Shown: piece after piece, positions 39,909 through 49,337 of the stretch
Layout of the letters: each line of letters begins with the position of its first letter
Position numbering within the stretch: position 1 is the first letter of the stretch
Source: Caldisericales bacterium
GTDB lineage: Bacteria; Caldisericota; Caldisericia; JAAYUI01
Assembly: GCA_022707885.1 (NCBI GenBank)
Contig: JAKIZT010000004.1
Span: 103,697 to 167,696, forward strand
DNA length: 64,000 nucleotides
Direction of reading: 5' to 3'
Program-made: the position numbers and the translations under genes
The notes under the pieces: generated by a model
What the model was told of the DNA's origin: nothing
Database searches by the model: none
What the model saw: only the letters and a program-made list of their open reading frames with translations

Positions 39909-42900
39909 TGAAAAAATTTTTTATTGCGCTTTTGGCCTTAACAATGGTGATGCCTACTGTAGTACTCCCGGCATTCTCCGAAACAACGGATTGGCCAGAA
40001 CCTTTTTACAACCAAACCCATGCAAATAATTCCAATGGGCCTGCCGTACCAATCCCGTTACAGAAATCCTGGGCATACTATCCGGAAGGTGATTCTCTTG
40101 GGATGCCAATAACTATCGGCGATTCAATAATCGTCTCAGACACTATGGGTTATATAGTCTCTCTGGACAGAAAAACTGGCCAGCCCAAATGGAGTTATGA
40201 TATTGGTTTTGAAGCCCAAACCATGGTTGCTGGATCAGGTGACAAGCTTGCTTTCGCCACTGCTTCAGTGATGATGGTCAGTGGCAGGAGAAGGGGTGGC
40301 CGTGGCGGCGGTGGAGGAGGTGGACCACCACCGCTATCTGTAATCAACCAATTCACCCAATTCCCAAATTCAATCAGGGAAGATGAAACACAAAAAATGT
40401 ATTTTGGTGTCATTGATCTCAAGACTGGCAAAGAATTATGGAAAAAAGAGCCAGAGTCTGGACTCTCAATTGGCCAGGGCTGCATCAGTGGGAACAAGAT
40501 AATAATACCATTTTCCATTATGAGGACCAATGGCTCAATAGAATCAAAACTCATTGCCTACTCGATAATTGACGGTTCCCAAATCTGGGCAATAGATTAT
40601 GCGAAATCCATGGCTTCAAGCATGCCCACTATTGCAGAGGGAAAAATTTTTATTGGCGCAATGACAATAAAAATCCCGCAAGAAGATGACCCAGTTAACC
40701 AGACACCAGAAATGAAGGACCCGGAAATACTTTGCCTCGACGAATCAAATGGCAAAATATTATGGAAAAAGGGTGAGTTTGAAGAGAACCTGATGGGGAT
40801 CATAAGCTATGCGGACGGGACCCTCTATACATGCCTCACAAAGATAGACTTGACCGGCGGTGGTGGTGGCAGATTCACCATGCCAGAATCAAATGTTTCT
40901 GCATTCAGTGCTTCGGATGGCACCCTAAAATGGATTCGCAAAATAGAAGGCGACTTCATGACAACTGGCATCATGGCAGTAACAAAATATGGCCTTGTTG
41001 TGCAGTGCACAATGAGCTCGACGATGTGCCTTGACCTCAAAGAGGGGACCGTCAAATGGAATCAGGAAAAAACACCGGGTGGAATGTGCTTTGGGATCCA
41101 GTACGTATGTAATGGTGAACAGGTAATAAGCACAAGACAGAGTAAAATCTCGGTCATTAATCTTAGCGATGGTAAAATTGTCTTTCAGGAAGACACAGGG
41201 ATGAAATCTGGGTTTGGAATGATGGGCGGCGACATGGTCCTTTCTTACCCAATCGTGAGCGGCGACAAGGTTTTTGTTGCTGGTGACAAATTGATATGTT
41301 ATGGAGAAAAAATCATAGGTCTCTCATCCGATCCAGACAGAATAAAACTCGATATTGAAGCAGGGCAAACAAAGACGCTTAAATTGAAGCTTGTTTATAA
41401 CGCACAAGCTGAGATTAAAGGCACTATTGCAGCCTCACAACCATGGATAAAACTTAGTGCAAATGACTACTCCACAGCATCACAAACCTATGAAGTAACA
41501 CTTTCAACAGAAGGGCTGGAGCCTGGAGTATACAAAGGTTCAATAGATGTTGATGCCTCGGTTGGCAAACTGTCAATACCAGTTGAGATGACTGTTGTTC
41601 CAAAACCACCAATCAAACTTGAGGTAAACCTGGAGGATCCTACTTACACAAACAAAAATCCGTTTAAGGTGACAGGCCAGACGGTCCCAGGTGCAAAGCT
41701 GACGATAAGCGGAAGGCCAGCAAATGTTGCATCTGATGGTTCTTTTGCAGAAGAAATCCCACTTGAACAGGGCCCTAATAAACTCACTTTCGAAGCCAAG
41801 GATTCAAAAGGGAACGTTGCAAGCGCGGCCAGAACTGTTATCTTTGATGACAAAAAGCCTCAACTCAACACATCTCTTAAAGATGGCGACACAATAAAGA
41901 AATTTCCATTCACAATTTCTGGCCAGACCGAGAAAAACGCAAAAGTCAAAGTGAATGGGATCCCTGTTGAAGTAAAAGACAATGGCGAATTTGAAGCTGT
42001 CATTGAAGATCTGGAACAGGGAGAGCAAACAATAACCATAACAGCAGAGGATCTTGCTGGAAACGTAACCAACATTGAACGTAAGGTATTGGTTGCCACA
42101 ATAGAACTCAAGCTCATCCTCGATCAAAAATCTCCCATTCTTACAAATAATCCAAATATAACAATTACAGGGCAAACCGAGGCTGGTGCTTCGATTGCAG
42201 CAATAATTCTTGGTGGGAAGCCTACCGATCCAGTAACAGCAGGTCAAGATGGAAAATTCTCGATAACAGTAGCACTTGAAGAAGAAGGCCGGTTCAGAAT
42301 CATACTTCAGGTTATGGCCGAAAATGGTCAATCAACAAATGCAAGCTTTGATGTGCTTTTTGATAAAACACCACCTCTCATAGAATCCACAATCCCTGCC
42401 GTTTCAAAGGAAAAAACTGTCGACATAAAAGGGAAACTTTCTGAGTATTGCATGCTCACGGTCAATGATAACCCTGTTGAAGTCAGCAAAACCGATTTCA
42501 CATTCAACACAAAGGTGGAACTGAAGCCAGGTTTGAACTCCATCATTATCAAGGCAACTGACTTGGTCGGCAACATCTCAAAACTTGAAGGGTTCACCAA
42601 ATTTGAAGATGCAACCCAGGTGCAAACAGTGGTAATTAAGCTATGGGTTGATAAACAGGATATGACAATAAACGGCAAAGCAATCAAGCTTGCAGTTGCT
42701 CCGACAACGTCATCTCCACCACTTCCAAAACAACTTGCAGGATCAACCTACATGCCAATCAGGGAAGTCGCGGAAGCACTCTTCGCATCAGTTGGCTGGG
42801 ATGCCAAAGAACAAAAAGTGACCCTCACCCAGAAAACACCTGACGGGAAGACAAAAATTATCGAACTCTGGATTGGCAAAAAGCTGGCCAAGATTGATGG

Positions 42901-43054
42901 CAAGGAAATAAACATTGACTCCCAGGGAAAACTTTACCCAACAATAGTCCAGGGCAAAACAATGTTGCCATTGAGGTTTGTTGGAGAAGCTCTCGGTGCA
43001 AAAGTCGAGTGGGACGGCAAAACAAAGATGATTACGTTGACATTCCCAAAGTAG
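39908..43054 (+). CDS. PQQ-like propeller + Ig-like repeats + stalk domain surface protein
   Basis: Signal peptide; propeller blades; repeated xxGQTExxAxxxxNG Ig-like units; GKTMLPLRFVGEALGAKVEWD. Confidence 0.85.
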   Translation: MKKFFIALLALTMVMPTVVLPAFSETTDWPEPFYNQTHANNSNGPAVPIPLQKSWAYYPEGDSLGMPITIGDSIIVSDTMGYIVSLDRKTGQPKWSYDIGFEAQTMVAGSGDKLAFATASVMMVSGRRRGGRGGGGGGGPPPLSVINQFTQFPNSIREDETQKMYFGVIDLKTGKELWKKEPESGLSIGQGCISGNKIIIPFSIMRTNGSIESKLIAYSIIDGSQIWAIDYAKSMASSMPTIAEGKIFIGAMTIKIPQEDDPVNQTPEMKDPEILCLDESNGKILWKKGEFEENLMGIISYADGTLYTCLTKIDLTGGGGGRFTMPESNVSAFSASDGTLKWIRKIEGDFMTTGIMAVTKYGLVVQCTMSSTMCLDLKEGTVKWNQEKTPGGMCFGIQYVCNGEQVISTRQSKISVINLSDGKIVFQEDTGMKSGFGMMGGDMVLSYPIVSGDKVFVAGDKLICYGEKIIGLSSDPDRIKLDIEAGQTKTLKLKLVYNAQAEIKGTIAASQPWIKLSANDYSTASQTYEVTLSTEGLEPGVYKGSIDVDASVGKLSIPVEMTVVPKPPIKLEVNLEDPTYTNKNPFKVTGQTVPGAKLTISGRPANVASDGSFAEEIPLEQGPNKLTFEAKDSKGNVASAARTVIFDDKKPQLNTSLKDGDTIKKFPFTISGQTEKNAKVKVNGIPVEVKDNGEFEAVIEDLEQGEQTITITAEDLAGNVTNIERKVLVATIELKLILDQKSPILTNNPNITITGQTEAGASIAAIILGGKPTDPVTAGQDGKFSITVALEEEGRFRIILQVMAENGQSTNASFDVLFDKTPPLIESTIPAVSKEKTVDIKGKLSEYCMLTVNDNPVEVSKTDFTFNTKVELKPGLNSIIIKATDLVGNISKLEGFTKFEDATQVQTVVIKLWVDKQDMTINGKAIKLAVAPTTSSPPLPKQLAGSTYMPIREVAEALFASVGWDAKEQKVTLTQKTPDGKTKIIELWIGKKLAKIDGKEINIDSQGKLYPTIVQGKTMLPLRFVGEALGAKVEWDGKTKMITLTFPK

Positions 43055-43082
43055 CAATCAAGACAATTTCCGACTATAAAAT

Positions 43083-43115
43083 AAAAAAGACCTCCTTTTT
43101 CAGGAGGTCTTTTTT
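43083..43115. terminator. Bidirectional intrinsic terminator
   Basis: AAAAAAGACCTCCT-TTTTC-AGGAGGTCTTTTTT between convergent genes. Confidence 0.87.
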
Positions 43116-43148
43116 ATTTATTTGTGGTAGAAATAGGATTTTTTATTG

Positions 43149-44123
43149 CTACTTGATCGGTGGCTTTATCTCTGAGGGTATATTGAAGTTTGAAAGGGTA
43201 GTTTTTGACCAGGTTTTTACCTCTCTGGCACTCTGATAGGTGATAAGCTCTGCTTGCACCGGAACACCAGCAAGTTCACCGCTCTCTATAATGGCAACAT
43301 TGAATTCAACAAAAAGCTTCTGGGTTTTATTGCTTTTGCTGTCCAGCTGCTCTTCTATTACTGATACTCCCCTGAGCTGTCTGCATTGCTTATCACCAAT
43401 CTGGACCAATCCATTGTCGACAAAAGCTTGTGGGGCACTAAAAGATTTTGTTAACCGACTCACATCCAAATTGATGATAGAGAATATGTCATTGAACCCA
43501 GGAAACCACTCGTTGCTGGGCTTATATCCGGACCCATCATCAATCCACTGTTTATTTCCAATCTGGACTGCCTTTTTTACTCTTTCTTGTGGTTCTTCGG
43601 GTTTCCCGTTGTTTATCTCGGGTGTATTGCTGCGCTCTTTGGATTTCATTTCGAAACTATAGCTGCCTGGGGCGACAAAAGATCCCGTCATTGTAAGGGC
43701 AACATCCTTGCTATCACTGCCAAAGGCTATATCGAAGTCATACGATTTTAGTTTTGCGATACTGACTTCTTTTATTGGCGAAGCAAATCCTTCAGCAACC
43801 TTTTTGAGCTTGAGGTTTACTTCTTTGGTAGTGGTTGGATAAACAGCAACAATATCTTCCTCGAAGGGTTCAAAATATTCCTTGGTCACCTTCAGTTTGT
43901 ATGTCGCACCAGGTTCCAGTTCAGAAAAGGTAAATTGCGCATCGGCACCAGTATCCAATCTTGCATCATTGAGATATACAGTTGCTCCTGAAAGTGGTGT
44001 TTTTGTTGACTCTTCATATACAACACCGCTCATAAAAGCCTTTTCCTTTTTTTCACCACAGGCCACAAAGCCAAAAGGAACAATGGCCAGCGTAATAAGC
44101 AAAGCAATAATTCTCTTGTTCAT
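43149..44123 (-). CDS. Lipoprotein with carboxypeptidase-regulatory-like Ig domain and possible LolA/LppX-like C-terminal domain
   Basis: Start MNKRII after GGAGG (track 44177); lipobox FVAC; SGVVYEESTKTPLSGATVYL...TGADAQFTF. Confidence 0.7.
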   Translation of the reverse strand: MNKRIIALLITLAIVPFGFVACGEKKEKAFMSGVVYEESTKTPLSGATVYLNDARLDTGADAQFTFSELEPGATYKLKVTKEYFEPFEEDIVAVYPTTTKEVNLKLKKVAEGFASPIKEVSIAKLKSYDFDIAFGSDSKDVALTMTGSFVAPGSYSFEMKSKERSNTPEINNGKPEEPQERVKKAVQIGNKQWIDDGSGYKPSNEWFPGFNDIFSIINLDVSRLTKSFSAPQAFVDNGLVQIGDKQCRQLRGVSVIEEQLDSKSNKTQKLFVEFNVAIIESGELAGVPVQAELITYQSAREVKTWSKTTLSNFNIPSEIKPPIK

Positions 44124-44334
44124 ACAACCTCCTAGCGGTTGAAGTTTATTTGATGGCAAAAACGTTTCAATGAACAAACTTAATCCATGGTTAACTAATC
44201 GTTACTCCAAATACAACTAAAGAGATGAAGGAATTCCGCTATCTTCTATTAATAATCACTTTAACCTTTGTTGAACAGGTATTTTAAAAGGCTAGAATGA
44301 TTCGGTAGTCTTGCGGAATCGAAAGGAGCTTATC

Positions 44335-47300
44335 ATGAGGAACAAGTTTATCAAGCTTATGGCCCTGTTGCTTGTGCTTGGGATGTTTTTCACAACAAGC
44401 GGGACAGCTTACGCACTTCTTGGCCCGGTCCATATCGAACTGAACGTAATGGGCGAACGTCCATCTGGAGTAAGAGCAGGCCAGGTGACCGCATTCAAAA
44501 TCCACATCAGATTCAATGTAAACATCAAGGTCCACGACTGGATCAAGATATGGTTCCCGATTGACGAAAATTCATGCGACCTGAAGGACATCTGCGACGG
44601 GATCCCCCAGGTAACCGGGGCTAAGGAAAGCCCAAGATTTGTTCCAAATGAAGCATACTTTGCAAAATACCAGAACAAGGACGAGTCAGACGTTGGAAAG
44701 CTCTATGAAGTTCTTGATGATCGCAAGGGACTCACAAGGTTCGACAAGTGCGAGTGTTCTGCTGCCGCAAAAGATTATGGCAATTGTGCCCAGGAAGGCA
44801 AATGCAGGGTCATCTCCGATCCCACAGGCCTTGGCTGCTGGGTGACAGGTTCTGTTCTGCCAGCTCTCCCAAGAGACGAAGCTGAAAGATACAAAAGGCT
44901 TGCCCAGATAATCGTCACAACATCAATTGGATACACTCCCTGCACGGCCTGCCAGGGTCTTCCATATCTCATCAACACTGCAAAAGAAAGATCATATCAG
45001 GTCAACTCTCCACTTGAAGTAGAAGCTTGGCGCAAGGGATACAACCCAATCGATTTCAACACCTCAAAGGGCACTGGAATCATTGCACCAATGACGCCTG
45101 GAAGATACAGATTGACAATCGCAACTGCTCCAGAACCAACACCTGTTGAATCAGAATATTTTGTTCTTCCATGTTCTGAAATTTCAAAACCAAAAGTAAC
45201 GCTTAAGCCACCAGACACCGACACTGTCACTGAAATGAAGATAAAATTCAATACAGGTGAAGGCGGTGCACTTGATGCCGACACCTCCAACATAATGATC
45301 CAGTTCCCGAATGACTATGTGCTCCCTGGATCCATCAAACCAAAAATGATCACTGTCAACGGGACTCCACTCAACAAACCGCCACAAGTCGTCAAAACAC
45401 TGAACCAGGTAACAATCACTTCCCCTGTTGCAATCAATAACCTCAGCGAAGTTGCAGTAGTTTTCTCCGATAAAATCGGAATGAAGAACCCGGTAAAGAT
45501 CGCTGACTATACCCTCAAAGTAAAGACTGACTCAGAGCCAGAAACAATCGAATCAGAACCATTCAAAGTGGCCACTGTTCCAGTAGTCGAAGTAAATCCA
45601 AACATGGAATACAACACTGCTGAATATTACGCAGTCGGCATCCTTCCGGCAGATTCACCAATCAAATCTGGCCAGGAATTCACGGTCAACTTCCCAAAGG
45701 GGACCAGCATTCCAAAAACAATCCAGCCATCATCGGTCATAATCAATGGCCAGCCGTACAAAGGCACTGTTAACACTGGCTCGGAGACAATTTCTCTTGT
45801 CGCCCCATCTGATATTGTCGGCGCATTGAAGGTGAGGTTCCTTGTAAGTTCAGGCATCAAGAACACCGCACCAGGAACATACGAACTCACTTTCACAACC
45901 GGTGGAAAATCATTCACATTCGAGAAGTTCGAGATCATCAAATCCAAACCGATAATCGCCAATGTTGATATAACCGAGGAACAGGGTTGTGAGCAATCCG
46001 GATACAAGTTCACCTACATACCGTCATTTGCAGGCGACCTTAACCCAGGTGACAAACTGACAGTGGAGTTCCCGGAAAATACCAGACTTCCGCAGGCAGT
46101 ATCAGGGGACAAGGTAACCATCGGCGGCAAACCATCCCAGGCAGTTGAAATTGATGGCCTCAAACTCGTCATAACAGTAGACACAGAGGTCAAGGCAGCA
46201 AACGGCGGAGCACTGGTAGACATTACAAAAGACGCTGGCGTCATAAACACCAATTATCCAGGCGGATATTCACTCAAGGTGTCGACAAACAAGGACGAAC
46301 CAATTTCGTCACCGCAGTTCACAATCACAATGCCAAAGGTGACCTCACAGCTCGCATTCAAGGACCCGGCACAGCCGGATGGCCTCGAATTTGAAGGCTG
46401 TCTCTGGTACAAGACGCCGCCGGTGCTTTCAATCACAAGCTGCAACCCATACGCAAAGATCTTCATGTGGTACGACAACAAAACAGATTCAATCGTCCAG
46501 TATACTGGTGAGAAGAGGCTAAGCCCTGCTTCACAGCGCACAACAATCTGGTACTACGCCCAGGTTGGAGATGTGAAGGAAGAGCCAAAACCAATGAAAC
46601 TTTGTCTTGATACAATTCTGCCATCATTCTCAGTCATACAGCCAGATATGGAAAAAACCATCACCAATAAAAAAACTTATACCATCAAAGGCGAACGTCA
46701 GCCAACTGAAATGCTCACCGATGGCGACAATGAGAAATACCAGGTTGTTGATGGCGTTTATATAAACGGCAAACAGCTCCTCTCCCCGGAAATATTCGAA
46801 ACAGCAAACAGGGACAGCATTAAAATGACCTTTGAGGCAACAGTCGACCTTAAAGAAGGGGAGAATGTTGTCGAAATAAAGGGTATTGACCAGGCAGGAA
46901 ACGAAAGAACAATCAAGAAAATCATCATTCTCGACACAAAGGCACCAGAGATCGTGGTCGTCAAGCCAGATCCAAAAGAGCTCCAGAAACCAGGTGAAAA
47001 CATCGCCATCCAGGTCAAGTCGGAGACCGATGCTTCAGTGTTCATTAATGGCCAGATTGCCCAGAAGATAGAAGAGCTTCCCGATGGGAAAACGGCCATC
47101 TTTGAAGCTGGCTGGGATGTCGTCAAGGGCGAAAACAAGGTTGAAATCACCTCCACAGATGTGGCAGGCAACACAGCAACAACCTACTTAACGTTCAAGG
47201 GTGCTACAGTTATCGAACTCTGGCTCGAAAAAACAGATTTCGTAGTTAATGGTGAGAATATGCCAAGTCTTGCCACAGCACCAACAATAAAGTCTCCACC

Positions 47301-47637
47301 ACTTCCAAAAGTATTTGCAGGAACAACATTCATGCCTATCGCTGATGTTGCGAAAGCCCTTGGTGTAGAAGTTAAATGGGATCAAAAAACCAAGATGGTC
47401 ACACTCACCCAAACTCTCGAAAACGGCACCAAGAAAGTCATCCAGCTCTGGATAAACAAGAAACAGGCAAAGATCGACGGCAAGGATGTCTGGATTGATG
47501 CAAAAAAGGTTCTTTATCCAACAATCCTTTCTGGCAAAACCCTTCTTCCACTCAGATTTGTTGGTGATGCCCTCGGTGCACTTGTCGAGTATGATACAAA
47601 AACCAAGAAGATAACACTTACTTACCCAAAACCATAG
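44335..47637 (+). CDS. Surface protein with repeated Ig-like domains and stalk domain; paralogue of 19639..22695
   Basis: Start MRNKF after AAGGAG (track 44311); same repeat unit (FNTGEGGALDA...FPxxxxLPxxI...VNG); GKTLLPLRFVGDALGALVEYD. Confidence 0.85.
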   Translation: MRNKFIKLMALLLVLGMFFTTSGTAYALLGPVHIELNVMGERPSGVRAGQVTAFKIHIRFNVNIKVHDWIKIWFPIDENSCDLKDICDGIPQVTGAKESPRFVPNEAYFAKYQNKDESDVGKLYEVLDDRKGLTRFDKCECSAAAKDYGNCAQEGKCRVISDPTGLGCWVTGSVLPALPRDEAERYKRLAQIIVTTSIGYTPCTACQGLPYLINTAKERSYQVNSPLEVEAWRKGYNPIDFNTSKGTGIIAPMTPGRYRLTIATAPEPTPVESEYFVLPCSEISKPKVTLKPPDTDTVTEMKIKFNTGEGGALDADTSNIMIQFPNDYVLPGSIKPKMITVNGTPLNKPPQVVKTLNQVTITSPVAINNLSEVAVVFSDKIGMKNPVKIADYTLKVKTDSEPETIESEPFKVATVPVVEVNPNMEYNTAEYYAVGILPADSPIKSGQEFTVNFPKGTSIPKTIQPSSVIINGQPYKGTVNTGSETISLVAPSDIVGALKVRFLVSSGIKNTAPGTYELTFTTGGKSFTFEKFEIIKSKPIIANVDITEEQGCEQSGYKFTYIPSFAGDLNPGDKLTVEFPENTRLPQAVSGDKVTIGGKPSQAVEIDGLKLVITVDTEVKAANGGALVDITKDAGVINTNYPGGYSLKVSTNKDEPISSPQFTITMPKVTSQLAFKDPAQPDGLEFEGCLWYKTPPVLSITSCNPYAKIFMWYDNKTDSIVQYTGEKRLSPASQRTTIWYYAQVGDVKEEPKPMKLCLDTILPSFSVIQPDMEKTITNKKTYTIKGERQPTEMLTDGDNEKYQVVDGVYINGKQLLSPEIFETANRDSIKMTFEATVDLKEGENVVEIKGIDQAGNERTIKKIIILDTKAPEIVVVKPDPKELQKPGENIAIQVKSETDASVFINGQIAQKIEELPDGKTAIFEAGWDVVKGENKVEITSTDVAGNTATTYLTFKGATVIELWLEKTDFVVNGENMPSLATAPTIKSPPLPKVFAGTTFMPIADVAKALGVEVKWDQKTKMVTLTQTLENGTKKVIQLWINKKQAKIDGKDVWIDAKKVLYPTILSGKTLLPLRFVGDALGALVEYDTKTKKITLTYPKP

Positions 47638-47667
47638 AGCACATATAACTAGAATTGCCAACCAATT

Positions 47668-47698
47668 AAAAAAGCCGCCCCAAAAGGGCGGCTTTTTT
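47668..47698. terminator. Bidirectional intrinsic terminator
   Basis: AAAAAAGCCGCCC-CAAAA-GGGCGGCTTTTTT. Confidence 0.87.
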
Positions 47699-47923
47699 AA
47701 TTTTATAAGACAGACACAGACCTGAATGATTCTTTCAAATAACTACCCACATAAATTTCATGCAACATCATTGCAATCAAGGATTTATGGGCATTTTATA
47801 TTGAAATTCAATAATCTGTTTGACTTCAGATAAACCCATAGAGGGGGAAAACATTATCTAAATACAGGAAGTCTCACATATAGTAATTGGGTACAAGGTA
47901 TAACTCTACAATGTAATTAATGG

Positions 47924-48490
47924 TTATATCCCCGTGTCAACAGTCAGATAAAGCTCCTTGTCGCCAGCCGGGTTGTCGCGGTAGGCGTTTATGACCCAGC
48001 CGTAAGAGGCACCCTCAACCACAAAAGCAAGAAAGTACTTTTTGGGTCCGGATGTGACAATTGCCGGTTCCAGGCGTTTCAAACCGGTTATCATTTCAAT
48101 CTGCCTGTTTATACTCTCATCATTGCACAACGGATTGTCCCACCCAACAACAGCGATTGATTCCATCGGCGGAAGGGTCTTTTGTGCTATCTCGCCAACC
48201 TCTTTTGCTTCAAGGGTCACAATAAGAAATCTGCCCTTTGGAGAATAAATCTCCGGGAAAGGGCTCTGCTTGTCCGGATTGACAAGGCTGTAGTGGTCCT
48301 TTGCGGAGACAATTTTAGCCTGGAGGCCCGGCAGGAGCTGGAAATCACTCTGTGGGCCAACATAAGCAAAATCTGCTGACCTGGGAGTGTTTATCCTCTC
48401 AACATCGGGAGCAACAGAAGGGAGGCCCTTTGCTCCGCAACCTGCAACAACAAGGAGCCCGCCAAGAACCAGCAATAAAGATTTCTTCAT
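47924..48490 (-). CDS. Lipoprotein, possibly DUF4352-like
   Basis: Lipobox VVAGC; PKGRFLIVTLEA segment. Confidence 0.6.
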   Translation of the reverse strand: MKKSLLLVLGGLLVVAGCGAKGLPSVAPDVERINTPRSADFAYVGPQSDFQLLPGLQAKIVSAKDHYSLVNPDKQSPFPEIYSPKGRFLIVTLEAKEVGEIAQKTLPPMESIAVVGWDNPLCNDESINRQIEMITGLKRLEPAIVTSGPKKYFLAFVVEGASYGWVINAYRDNPAGDKELYLTVDTGI

Positions 48491-49032
48491 TCTTTCAGAT
48501 CAACAACCGCGAGGCGCTGCTCCGGATCGGAAGCTGTCGAGATAATTTCGAGCGTTACGCCCTTCATGTTCTGCTGGCAATCCATCAGAAGGAAGCATTT
48601 TACTGGTTTTGTGACATCGTCCTTGATTTTGGTCAGGGATTTTACACCAAGGTTCTTTTCGGTGGCCTGGATGGCCATCTCGTTTTTGGTTTCGTAATAC
48701 CTGTTGCCATCGACATCGACGATTTCATACCTGGTGAATTTTGGCTGGAAAGTTGGTGTTTCACCCGGCTTGATTTCCATTTCCAGGAGGTAGAAAAATC
48801 CCTGTTCTGGCCACAATGGAGAATCGGTCGTCCCGTCCTTTTTGATTGCCCTGATATCAACCGATTTTGTCAGTTTTGTGACATTGAAGGTGCAACCCCT
48901 GACTTGAAACTCTTTCCCCATTACTTCATACACCGAGCCGCTGTCCTGACCCTGTTTGGATTGACCACCGCATGAAACTGTCGTAAAAGCGATTGCAAGA
49001 CAAACAAGCACCATCAAGATTTTCTTTTCCAT
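48487..49032 (-). CDS. DUF4352-like lipoprotein
   Basis: Lipobox TVSC; PEQGFFYLLEMEIK...YEIVDVDGNRY. Confidence 0.65.
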   Translation of the reverse strand: MEKKILMVLVCLAIAFTTVSCGGQSKQGQDSGSVYEVMGKEFQVRGCTFNVTKLTKSVDIRAIKKDGTTDSPLWPEQGFFYLLEMEIKPGETPTFQPKFTRYEIVDVDGNRYYETKNEMAIQATEKNLGVKSLTKIKDDVTKPVKCFLLMDCQQNMKGVTLEIISTASDPEQRLAVVDLKE

Positions 49033-49337
49033 AGTTCCTCCAGATTGTAATAAATCCTCTCTTCCTTGCCAAACAGGTGGACTATCAAATCACCAAGGTC
49101 GACAAGTATCCATCTCGAAGAAGCCCCGCCCTCAAAATTTCTTGGCACTTTTTGCTTTTTGCCAAATTGTTCCAGCCTGTCAACGATGGCCTGGCTCTGG
49201 AGCGGAGAAATGATTGTTGCGACGACAAAATAATCACACATTGGCGTCATTCCACTGACATCAAGCAGCACAATGTTTTCCGCCTTCAGCTCATCGAGAA
49301 TTTCTACGACTTTTTTTGCCAATTCAAGGGGTTCCAG
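49014..49337 (-). CDS. rsfS: Ribosome silencing factor
   Basis: KAENIVLLDVS...CDYFVVAT...WILVDLGDLIVHLF...YYNLEELW. Start placed at CTG 49337 behind AAGGAGG (track ATG 49370). Confidence 0.93.
   Translation of the reverse strand: MEPLELAKKVVEILDELKAENIVLLDVSGMTPMCDYFVVATIISPLQSQAIVDRLEQFGKKQKVPRNFEGGASSRWILVDLGDLIVHLFGKEERIYYNLEELWKRKS

Noticed and set aside
19639-47637. Copper amine oxidase enzymes or PQQ dehydrogenases
   Set aside because: Only the N1 stalk module and propeller blades are present; no TPQ (NYD/E) catalytic domain or quinoprotein active-site motifs were recognised.
47799-47813. TATTGAA-A-TTCAATA palindrome in an AT-rich intergenic gap
   Set aside because: Short and AT-only, downstream of convergent genes; expected by chance.
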